From a virus (taxonomy: Duplodnaviria; Caudoviricetes), in IMG/VR virus record IMGVR_UViG_3300027818_000004, positions 1 through 30,943 of that record: 30,943 bases of DNA. The stretch is one strand, 5' to 3'. The notes beneath the pieces were generated by a model. That model was given only the letters and a program-made list of their open reading frames with translations. It ran no database searches and had not been told where the DNA came from. Both the position numbers and the translations under genes were made by a program. This document shows, one piece after another, positions 17,080 through 25,526 of the stretch. Position 1 is the first letter of the stretch, and every line of letters starts with the position of its first letter.

Positions 17080-18408
17080 TTAAACACATCCAATCATTCT
17101 TATCTGCTCCATTGTATCCCCGTCAAAATTTATAAAATCTCCTTTTTCATATTTTTTTCCACGAAAAAGAAAATTATTTTTTACAATACTCCCGTCAATT
17201 TTTTCCTTTCGCTTAATTTCCTTTTTTGTAAAAAGTTTTTCCGCCCATCGGTTTTCCAGTATTTTATCATTCTCATCAGCGAAGTCAAATCGCCCCTCGG
17301 ATCTTGAAATATGGTGATTGATATGTTCTGTTAAATATCCGATTGAACATTTTTTTTCTTTGGCTCTTAAAAATAAATCAATGTCTTCCGCCCCGTTTTT
17401 AAATATTTCATCAAAGCCTTTTAATTTTTTCCACACTTTATTTTTAGCTTTAAAACAAAATCCACTCGGCACACAAACATCATTCGGATCTTCCGCTAAA
17501 AATCTTTTATAAAAATTATCTTTAAATCCTATCCCATAAAATACTCGCCTATGCCCCATACTATATTGGGCTATCCCAGTAATATCATTTTCGTTCTCAA
17601 CCATTTTAATTAAAATTTCGTTGTCTGGCTCGGTATCATCATTTAAGAAAATAAGATTATCCGTTTCGGCTAATCTCGCCCCCTTATTACAATTTACCGC
17701 AAATGTCCCGCCACTAACTATAATTATATTAAATATTGAATTATCAATAGTGCTTAAACAGCTAGCCAATATTCTGTGCTGATCGTGGTGCGGAATAATA
17801 ATATCGGCAATTTTTTTAGCATGCTTTTTATATAATCTTTTTTTCCACAATTCTGTATCATTCTGCATTGAAATTCCATTCGGTCTATTCTTAGTTGTAA
17901 ATAACATTTGATTGCAGAATGCTGGCTTATATCCCTTTCGTGTTAAAGTTATCCACAAGTCCCAATCGTCAAATCTTCTCATCTTAATATCCATTTTTGG
18001 ATTACACTTAGCTCGCACTAAAGACATCGTGCTAATTCCGCAAAAATAATCAATAAACTCCTGCGTAAAATCCCTTTTAGGCACTTCCCCTTTTCCCTCG
18101 TTAAAAATAACCCCATCAATGCTAAATTTCCCAAAAGCCCAATCCGCCTGCGGATTATCTTTTAAAGTGTTATAAAGATTTTCCAAACAATCCGGAGCTA
18201 ATTCAATATCGTTATCACAAAAAAATATATACTCCCCTTTGGCTTTTTTTAATCCTTGATTCCTTGTAAAAGCAGCCCCCTTATTGTTCTTATCCACTGC
18301 TTCAATAATCTCAATCTTTTTATAAGTCTGATTTTTAATACTCGTCAAACTTTCATTTTTTTCCCCGCTTCTGTTCGGCACAATAACGGAAATTAAATCT
18401 CTAGTCAT
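17080..18408 (-). CDS. Tandem two-domain GT2 glycosyltransferase with a short C-terminal accessory domain
   Basis: Domain 1: ISVIVP, GAAFTRNQG, FFCDND, DDWDLW. Domain 2: DIIIPH, FAVNCNKGA, IFLNDD, GFDE.F.NG.EDIDL.LR. Confidence 0.9.
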   Translation of the reverse strand: MTRDLISVIVPNRSGEKNESLTSIKNQTYKKIEIIEAVDKNNKGAAFTRNQGLKKAKGEYIFFCDNDIELAPDCLENLYNTLKDNPQADWAFGKFSIDGVIFNEGKGEVPKRDFTQEFIDYFCGISTMSLVRAKCNPKMDIKMRRFDDWDLWITLTRKGYKPAFCNQMLFTTKNRPNGISMQNDTELWKKRLYKKHAKKIADIIIPHHDQHRILASCLSTIDNSIFNIIIVSGGTFAVNCNKGARLAETDNLIFLNDDTEPDNEILIKMVENENDITGIAQYSMGHRRVFYGIGFKDNFYKRFLAEDPNDVCVPSGFCFKAKNKVWKKLKGFDEIFKNGAEDIDLFLRAKEKKCSIGYLTEHINHHISRSEGRFDFADENDKILENRWAEKLFTKKEIKRKEKIDGSIVKNNFLFRGKKYEKGDFINFDGDTMEQIRMIGCV

Positions 18409-19288
18409 TTCTTATTGTATAAAAATTATAAAATCCTTTTTTGTAAAGCGGGCTAATCGTATCAGCAAAATCATCTAAATTAGCCCCCGCCCTTAACTCA
18501 ATTCTCTTAAATCTTTTATCCGATATTATATTTATAACACAATCATAATTAGTCAATGTTAACGCCCCGTGACTATCAACAATTACTTTTTCCTCGCCCC
18601 CAATTTTTTCAACATCCGAATAAACTTTATATCCGTTGTTCGGTGGCTGATTAAAGTATTTAAGCGTATATGTCTTCCCCGCCCCAGGCTTTCCAATGAG
18701 TGCCAGACGCTTGAAATTCGCTTCTGTGAGGTTTTTTGTGTTAAATGGTGTATTTGTTAGTCTAAAGAATGGTCTGCCCTGTATATCGCCTAAATACTCA
18801 ATATTTTTATATGTAGTATAGGTTAAAAATAAATCAATCCAATCAGCTACACTAAACTTATGCTGTTTCCCGTGTCCCTCTACATATAATATTTTTGCTT
18901 TTTGGCTAGCTCTTGATAATACCGCTTCTTTATTCCGCATATTCCCCAATATCGCCAATAAAAGAATAACATCAAAATTTTCAATTTCCCTCCAAAAAAT
19001 AGGATTTTCAATATCGTCTCTTATGATATCTAATCCCAGCCCCCTGCCTAACCTAATCGCATCCCTGTCAATCTCTACTCCAAAAACTTTTTTTGCTCCC
19101 CATTCTTTGGCTTGCAACATCATTTGCCCGCCCCAACATCCTATGTCTAAAACACTCGCCCCACCAAAATCATTTTTATTAAAATACTTTATGCGGTCTT
19201 CAATTTTCCTCTCACCTTTTATATTCGGCAAGTCTTGATAATTAACCCACTTGACGCTTCCGTCTTTTTGCTTAAAAGCAGTTTTCAT
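18401..19288 (-). CDS. Class I SAM methyltransferase fused to a C-terminal P-loop (kinase-like) domain
   Basis: SVLDIGCWGG motif I, GVEID, FDVILLLAIL. Walker A LALIGKPGAGKT in the C-terminal third. Confidence 0.85.
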   Translation of the reverse strand: MKTAFKQKDGSVKWVNYQDLPNIKGERKIEDRIKYFNKNDFGGASVLDIGCWGGQMMLQAKEWGAKKVFGVEIDRDAIRLGRGLGLDIIRDDIENPIFWREIENFDVILLLAILGNMRNKEAVLSRASQKAKILYVEGHGKQHKFSVADWIDLFLTYTTYKNIEYLGDIQGRPFFRLTNTPFNTKNLTEANFKRLALIGKPGAGKTYTLKYFNQPPNNGYKVYSDVEKIGGEEKVIVDSHGALTLTNYDCVINIISDKRFKRIELRAGANLDDFADTISPLYKKGFYNFYTIRND

Positions 19289-19306
19289 TTCGTTTGAAAT
19301 TTAATC

Positions 19307-19339
19307 GAGGAGTAATGATCCTTTAAAAGATTACTCCTC
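19307..19339 (-). terminator. Hairpin after the major capsid gene (partial terminator or mRNA stabiliser)
   Basis: Perfect 10-bp arms gaggagtaat / attactcctc with a 13-nt loop. Only a weak U-tract. Confidence 0.6.
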
Positions 19340-19348
19340 TCAAAACTC

Positions 19349-20497
19349 CTAACTTACAGAAGGCACATCAAGAATAACGGCAGCTTCTTTCATCGCAAGC
19401 ACGCCATCAACTCTTTTAATAAGCCTAACCGTAATTTCATCATACCTAAATCTGTCGTGTATAGACGCATCAACTGTAATTCCCTCTCTATCTCCAATGT
19501 AATACCAACTTAAATCAACTAAAGACAAATCGCCTTTGGTTCCAAGTGCTGGGACTTTTTCCGTTTCAATGAATGGTCGCCCTTTCAAAGTCGGAGGCGT
19601 TCCCTCTTTCATACTATCAGCCCAAATCGGTCTGCCAGTTGTAGCATCCACCAAGGAATCAACATATTCAATTACATCCGTTCCGCCAATCCAAATTGCC
19701 TTACTCCTAAACTGCGGTTTCAATCCGTAAAACATTGAAATAACATCAGCATAACTTACCTGATTGGCTACGGCTCTATTGACTGTGTCAATACCAGTAT
19801 CGGAAATTATTCCGTATGGCTGTGTAGTTCCGTTCCCTCGCAAGAAGTAATAATCTTCATAATAAGCCATAGCCCGTCCGAAGATATTTACAACATAGTT
19901 TGCAAAGTCAATATTGCTGTCGGATAAAATCTCTCTTGATTCGGTTGTTAGCAATAACATTTTCCTAGCGGTCATTGAAATTTGCGTCAAAGCAAATGAA
20001 GTATCATCCGCAGTAACGCCCTCACCTACCCAAGAAACAGTTACCCCGCCAAACTGTGTGCTTGACTGGTCTAACTTATTTTTTGTCCAAGTGTCTGATT
20101 TCATCTTAACAGTTGTAGCTCGTGGTCGGACAATAGTTTCTTCTTCTACATAAGAAAGAATTGCAGACTCCAAATCTTCAGGCACAGTGTATCCGCCGTC
20201 AGCGTCATCTCCAATATTAAAGGCAGCTTTTTCTTGTTCGGTTTTTAAAACCGGAGCCCCTTTAATCATCTGCTTTAAGTCGTTGCAATATTTTTCCATT
20301 TCTGCTCCTAATTTTACAAAAGGAGCTCGGTGGTTCTTGATATTCAAAACAGACTTTTCGGCTATCTCATTTTCCTTGCTAACAAATTTAACTTCCCCTT
20401 TAGTTTCCTTTACTTGTTCTTTGATTTTGTCAAATTCTTTAGTGACAGCAGTGTTAACCGCCTCACCAACTAATTTAACTAATTCTTTTTCATCCAT
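19349..20497 (-). CDS. Major capsid protein, HK97 fold
   Basis: Motifs DGGYTVPE, VSWVGEG, SREILSDS, GNGTTQPYGI, GRPIW, TLKGRP, GD...DLS.Y.IGDR, RVDG. Confidence 0.96.
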   Translation of the reverse strand: MDEKELVKLVGEAVNTAVTKEFDKIKEQVKETKGEVKFVSKENEIAEKSVLNIKNHRAPFVKLGAEMEKYCNDLKQMIKGAPVLKTEQEKAAFNIGDDADGGYTVPEDLESAILSYVEEETIVRPRATTVKMKSDTWTKNKLDQSSTQFGGVTVSWVGEGVTADDTSFALTQISMTARKMLLLTTESREILSDSNIDFANYVVNIFGRAMAYYEDYYFLRGNGTTQPYGIISDTGIDTVNRAVANQVSYADVISMFYGLKPQFRSKAIWIGGTDVIEYVDSLVDATTGRPIWADSMKEGTPPTLKGRPFIETEKVPALGTKGDLSLVDLSWYYIGDREGITVDASIHDRFRYDEITVRLIKRVDGVLAMKEAAVILDVPSVS

Positions 20498-20503
20498 AAT
20501 TTT

Positions 20504-21394
20504 TTAATTATTTTTTCTAGACAATTCCCTCGCCTTTATTAAATAGGCTTCTATTGCCTTATTCGCAATTTTAATTAACTGGTCTTTAGCTTTCGCTGAA
20601 TCTATTTTTTTTAGATTAGCCTTAGCTTCACTAGACGCTTCTGTCCGACCATTGGCTACAGAAGAAGAATTATTGATAGCTTCATCAGTAGCTTCCAATA
20701 AATTCTTTAAAGGCTCCGTAGCCTTATCCATTGCGTCTATCGCCGAGTTAATTAAATCTCTATTTTTTTTACTTAAAACTTTTCCCGCTTTTACTTCCAT
20801 TTCCTTTTTAAAATCTTCAAATTCTTTTTGTGTAAATATAATCTCATTTTCCTTTTTTACAATTTTTTCCCGATCATCCGTTTCAATTATTTTATCCCAA
20901 TTTAAAGTGCCTTCCGTTTCCTTAATAAAATGTTTGTATTTATTTTTATCTTCCGCCACTCCTTTCATTAAAGCATCCGCATAAGCAGGCACATTAACAA
21001 AAGAAGTTTCTAGTAATTCCTGTGATAGAAAATCTACCCCCTTATCATTAAACTTATAATCTTTCGGTGCGAAGCCAACTGAAAATGCTTTTAAGAATCC
21101 GCCCTCCGCTAATAACTTTAACTCTTGTGCAAATTGAGTAGGGGCAAACTCGCCCTTTAATTTTAAAACCTTATCTTCAACCCAAACTTTTAACGCTTTA
21201 CCCACAGCAGGAATTGAATGGTCGTGAGCCCATAAAAGCACGGGATTTTTTTTGTAATTTTTTAAGTCCCAACCCTCGGGATCAATAGTGTCGCCATATC
21301 TATCGGTTTTTATTCCTGAAATGATTGCTTCAAATGTTCCGTCTTCGGCAATTCCTTTTAGTTTTGCCTCCCCTAATCCATAAATCTTTTTCAT
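20504..21394 (-). CDS. HK97-type prohead protease with C-terminal scaffold-like extension
   Basis: Motifs DRYGD.I, YKKNPVLLWAHD, FSVGF, ELLETSFVNVPA. Extension contains KAGKVLSKKN. Confidence 0.94.
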   Translation of the reverse strand: MKKIYGLGEAKLKGIAEDGTFEAIISGIKTDRYGDTIDPEGWDLKNYKKNPVLLWAHDHSIPAVGKALKVWVEDKVLKLKGEFAPTQFAQELKLLAEGGFLKAFSVGFAPKDYKFNDKGVDFLSQELLETSFVNVPAYADALMKGVAEDKNKYKHFIKETEGTLNWDKIIETDDREKIVKKENEIIFTQKEFEDFKKEMEVKAGKVLSKKNRDLINSAIDAMDKATEPLKNLLEATDEAINNSSSVANGRTEASSEAKANLKKIDSAKAKDQLIKIANKAIEAYLIKARELSRKNN

Positions 21395-21423
21395 AATTTA
21401 TTGTAATAAAAAGTTAATTTTTT

Positions 21424-23529
21424 TTATTTTATTATCGGTATTAAAGTGCAACGACAATTTATTATTTCCTCTGGACTTCCGTTCGGATCGCCAGGGTATT
21501 CTAATCCATTGCTAAATTTTTTATTAAGTAATACCTTTTCGCCATCCAAATATTTATGGCTGTCTCTTACCCTAGCGTCTCTTGTCGCTAACCATTCTTT
21601 ATATTCTACTACCCCCGACTGCTCATAGCCAAATAAACTCCCTGCGTTATTGGAAGATAAAACTTCTGTTCTCGCAATAGTTTTATCTCTCCCAGTATAC
21701 CACATTTCAAATAAATCTTCAACCCGCTTTTTTAATTGGGCAATACTTTCGCCTTTTAAAACTCCTTCCGCCAAAGTTGCTTTTAATTTTTTTATAGTTG
21801 TCTCATTAACCTCCTCGCCAAACTTCATCGCTTTTTTATCAATCCACTCGGCTGTCATCGGATCGTTAATATCAAAATCTTTTTTTATTTTTTTTCCAAC
21901 TTCTTGTAAAGCTAAATTGCCCGCTTCCGCTACAATACTCTTAATCACTGGCGTTGCTTTTTTTATAAATATATTAACTTCTTTTTTAAAATCAAGCAAG
22001 CCCAAATCATTGCCCTTAGCTTTTTTGTTCGGCTTTATTTTTTCCAATTCCTTAATGGCTTTTTTTTCTTGACTTCTAAATAATGAATCCATTAAACTTC
22101 TAAACTTTTTATCCCACTTCTGTAATCGCTCATCAAATATTTTCCAAACTATATCTTTTTCGTTTTCATTATTTTTGTTTTTAATTATTTTATCTATTTC
22201 TTGAGAAATACTGATTGTAATTTTATCTACCATATTTTCTTTTAGCCTAAACAGCTTCCGCCCTCGCATTGCTCTCTTGTAAATTTCCCTTAATCTCTTT
22301 TCCTTTTTCTTATTATAATAATCTTTCGCCTTGACATCTCCCCCAATTTCAATAATTGATTTTTCTTCTCCGTCTTTATTATTAGCGGACATATATAAAA
22401 TATCTCCCCCGTCAATGGGATCATAACCCTGCTCTATTCTTATTTCATTAACTGTCAACCATTTGTTATAAGCCTTTACATAATGGTCATCTAAAGCAGT
22501 ATTATCTTCGGGCGTTGGATCTATTGATAATAATAATAAATCCTCGCCAAAATCAGTAATTAAAAACTGATTAAGAATATCAACCATTTTTTCCATTTTC
22601 GGCTTAATCGTTTCTGACAAGAAAACATAAATTCCCGCATCAGCGTTCGCCCTAGAAACATCATCCGTAACACTCACAATACTTTTCGGAACGCCTAAAG
22701 ACATCAAAACATCATCACGGTTAGCAATTCTCATATTCGCAAAGTCCATATCTTTTTGAGTAACGGACACTTGCTTATATTCCAATCCGTGTGATAGCAC
22801 CGCAACTTTTTGGGCATTTTCCCAACCCCCGTATTTCATTGTCCACTTCTGCCTTATCTCATCCCTGTCTTCTTTTCCAATCTCTTGCTTAGTCGTTAAG
22901 ATTGCGTCTGGTCTAGCGGAATTGTAAAAAAATCGGGTATTCCATTTCTTAGCGTAAACATCCGCCCGAATAACTTCCATGGCTGACTTAACCGCTGAAT
23001 AACCATAATAATCTGATAGTGGATCTGGCTCTTTGAAATGGATTACATCTTCCGTCGGATAGATAATTGCATTCGCCCCGTTTCTAAATTTATACCCCGC
23101 AACGCTTCCGTCTTTAGCTTGAACTATGCTTGTTAAGTCTGGTCGCATTAACCACAACTCTATAATTTGTTTATTTTTACTCCTCGCTTTATACCAATAG
23201 CAATCTCCTAATAGCGTCAAATAAATAGAAGTTATTTCAACCAGCTGACTTCCCGTCATTAAACTGTTTGGCTTAGCTAATAAATCAAGTATCTCATGCT
23301 GTTCTATTTCTTTCGCATTAAGCCCCCGTAAACTATATAACTCGTATTCAATCGTAGACATCTTTTCTCCTATTTTTTTTGTGCAAGAATGCACTAGAGA
23401 AGACGCCCTAAAACTTTCAAGATAATCTTTCGTGGACGCTGTCGGCAAATCCATTCCCGACACTAAAAGATTTCCGCTAAAAAAGTATTTTGTTCTATTT
23501 AAAATCTTTTCAAAAAATTCTTTAATCAT
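21424..23529 (-). CDS. HK97-family portal protein fused to a MuF / SPP1 gp7-like minor head domain
   Basis: Portal: LLAKPN, GDCYW, DVIHFK..P....GYS, FF.N.ARP, KDMDF, LGVP, LTVNEIR...GY.PI.GGD. C-terminal: IARTE, KEW...D.RVR.SH..LDG, PGDP...EEIINCRC. Confidence 0.93.
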   Translation of the reverse strand: MIKEFFEKILNRTKYFFSGNLLVSGMDLPTASTKDYLESFRASSLVHSCTKKIGEKMSTIEYELYSLRGLNAKEIEQHEILDLLAKPNSLMTGSQLVEITSIYLTLLGDCYWYKARSKNKQIIELWLMRPDLTSIVQAKDGSVAGYKFRNGANAIIYPTEDVIHFKEPDPLSDYYGYSAVKSAMEVIRADVYAKKWNTRFFYNSARPDAILTTKQEIGKEDRDEIRQKWTMKYGGWENAQKVAVLSHGLEYKQVSVTQKDMDFANMRIANRDDVLMSLGVPKSIVSVTDDVSRANADAGIYVFLSETIKPKMEKMVDILNQFLITDFGEDLLLLSIDPTPEDNTALDDHYVKAYNKWLTVNEIRIEQGYDPIDGGDILYMSANNKDGEEKSIIEIGGDVKAKDYYNKKKEKRLREIYKRAMRGRKLFRLKENMVDKITISISQEIDKIIKNKNNENEKDIVWKIFDERLQKWDKKFRSLMDSLFRSQEKKAIKELEKIKPNKKAKGNDLGLLDFKKEVNIFIKKATPVIKSIVAEAGNLALQEVGKKIKKDFDINDPMTAEWIDKKAMKFGEEVNETTIKKLKATLAEGVLKGESIAQLKKRVEDLFEMWYTGRDKTIARTEVLSSNNAGSLFGYEQSGVVEYKEWLATRDARVRDSHKYLDGEKVLLNKKFSNGLEYPGDPNGSPEEIINCRCTLIPIIK

Positions 23530-23571
23530 AAAATAGGGTAGTTATTGTTAACCCCCCCCACTTTTATTTTA

Positions 23572-23600
23572 ATTATATAATTATAAATACTTATCGTCAA
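23572..23600 (-). promoter_or_regulatory. sigma70-type promoter upstream of the portal gene
   Basis: TTGACG (23600-23595), 17-nt spacer, TATAAT (23577-23572). Confidence 0.75.
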
Positions 23601-25065
23601 ACTCCTAAATCTTTTTTATTTACTATTTTATTTTCTAAGTCTTTAATTTTTCTTAAAACTCCCACTTTCGGCTCATCCGCTTCTGCTTCTAAGAATTCCA
23701 CCTTTGGTTTATTATCACTTATAAAGGTTAAGCTCCCAGCATCTATAACATCGGGGCTATCCGAACCCAATAATGACATCATTCCCCTCGCCCTTTTTTT
23801 CATTTCATCTTTCGGCTCAATCATAAATTTACCTGCTGAGTTTTTTTTCCATTTAATTTCATTTAATAACAACCAATGGTCACTCCGCAATAATTTCCCG
23901 CCTGATAAAATCCATTCTTTAAATCTAAAAAATAACTCGCTTCTAATATTCGCAAAAACAGTATTCTCCTCCGCACTGCCTCCCTCAACAACTGGAATAA
24001 CATAAATCCCCCGTTCCCTACATCTATCAACTACGCCCCCGCCAACGCCAATGTCGTCAATCGCATTTATATCTGCATCCGCCTTTTCTATTTCCGTTAC
24101 ATTTGTCATTAAATCCGTGCTTTTATTTATTCCATTTACCCACATATAAGAATTATCCCTGCCCACATATGCATTGAAGTTTCCTCCCCGCCCAATATCA
24201 CAACCCAATCTAAATTTACCCGCATAAAATTCTGGCAATTTATCAACAAAGGCATTTTTAATCTGCTCAATCGTTAATAGTCTTCTATACCCTTTGTCGT
24301 CAACTTCTTCTTCTGGCGGAAACTCACACTTAAATAAAACATCAAAAAATGGTTTCCCTCTCGCTTCTTCAATAAATTCTTCAGTGTATCGCCCCTCTTT
24401 TAACCCAACCTTATAATTAATTACATATTTTTTATATTTTGGATTATTACTTGACTTAAAGAAATGGCTAAATGGTTCTGTCCTGTAAAACGGATTTCCA
24501 ATTTTACAATAGAAAGCATCCTTTTTCCCCGCAATCATTCTATAAATAGACGCTTCCGAATTATCACTTACTAAACACGCTTCATCAAGTATTGTTATTT
24601 CCGCCCCGAAGCCCATCGCACTTTCAAAACTTTTCAATAAACTTCTTTCATTTGTAGACAACACATAAATACCACCATTCCCCTTTAACATTATTCTTTC
24701 CTTACTCTCTTCTTTTCTCAACCGCTCTAATCGTGTGCCAACTTCAAGCCTTGAATAAAATAAACGGCTATCCCCCAAATGGTCAATAAAATATCTCATT
24801 ATAATCCTAGCTTTTTGTGCATTCGGTGCTACAACCGCCACTACTTTTCCTTTCATACAAGCAAGCCACACACACGCTAACGCTACTGTTAAACTTTTCC
24901 CATATTGTGTAGAGCTTTCAATCTGAAGTCTTTTGTTTTTTCTTTCAATCAATTCCCCAAAAATTAGTTTTTGTGTCGGCGTTAAAACTTCATTAGCGGG
25001 ATTATCGTTTATCTGAAAACAACTTAAAATTATATCAATAGGTTTTAATTTGTTTTTTTTTTCAT
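23597..25065 (-). CDS. terL: Terminase large subunit. Frame is open from 25063; the coupled ATG at 25065 is out of frame across an A10 run (ORF track starts at TTG 24952)
   Basis: Q-motif LTPTQ, Walker A STQYGKS, VVAP, Walker B ILDEA, IGNP, nuclease LGCDIGRGG, IDDIGVGGGV.D, SPD..DA. Confidence 0.92.
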
Positions 25066-25526
25066 AAAATATCTTTTAATTTTTCCCTTAACTCTTCTAA
25101 CTCCTCGGAATCTTTATTTTCTATCATTTGAACGGGCGTTCCTAATTTCCTTGCCAATATTTCCTTAGCAGCATTTAATCTTATCGCATCATTCGTGCTT
25201 TTGCTCAACAAATTAGCAATCGTCATTGTGGCTTGCTTGAAAATATTTTTTAAAATCAACTGCCCTTGCTCAAAACTCTCTTCCGCCATCATTTCACTAT
25301 ATATATTATATTCCTTGCTTAATCTTCCGCCCTTATAAAGTAATGTTCTTAATTGCTGATTCGTTTTAAATCCTTTTTTTTGATTAGGAAATTCCCTTTG
25401 TAATAAATCCCTTATTTCGTTATATCCGGCACCGGAATTTCTTAGCTCAATTAAACGCCTTTCCCACCCCTTCAATTTTTTTGAGATTTCTTTCCAATGT
25501 TTAGTTTTATCATTATATGTTTTCAT
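25062..25526 (-). CDS. terS: Putative terminase small subunit
   Basis: Directly upstream of TerL. HTH-like N-half and C-terminal IRLNAAKEILAR..G.P motif. Confidence 0.7.
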   Translation of the reverse strand: MKTYNDKTKHWKEISKKLKGWERRLIELRNSGAGYNEIRDLLQREFPNQKKGFKTNQQLRTLLYKGGRLSKEYNIYSEMMAEESFEQGQLILKNIFKQATMTIANLLSKSTNDAIRLNAAKEILARKLGTPVQMIENKDSEELEELREKLKDIL

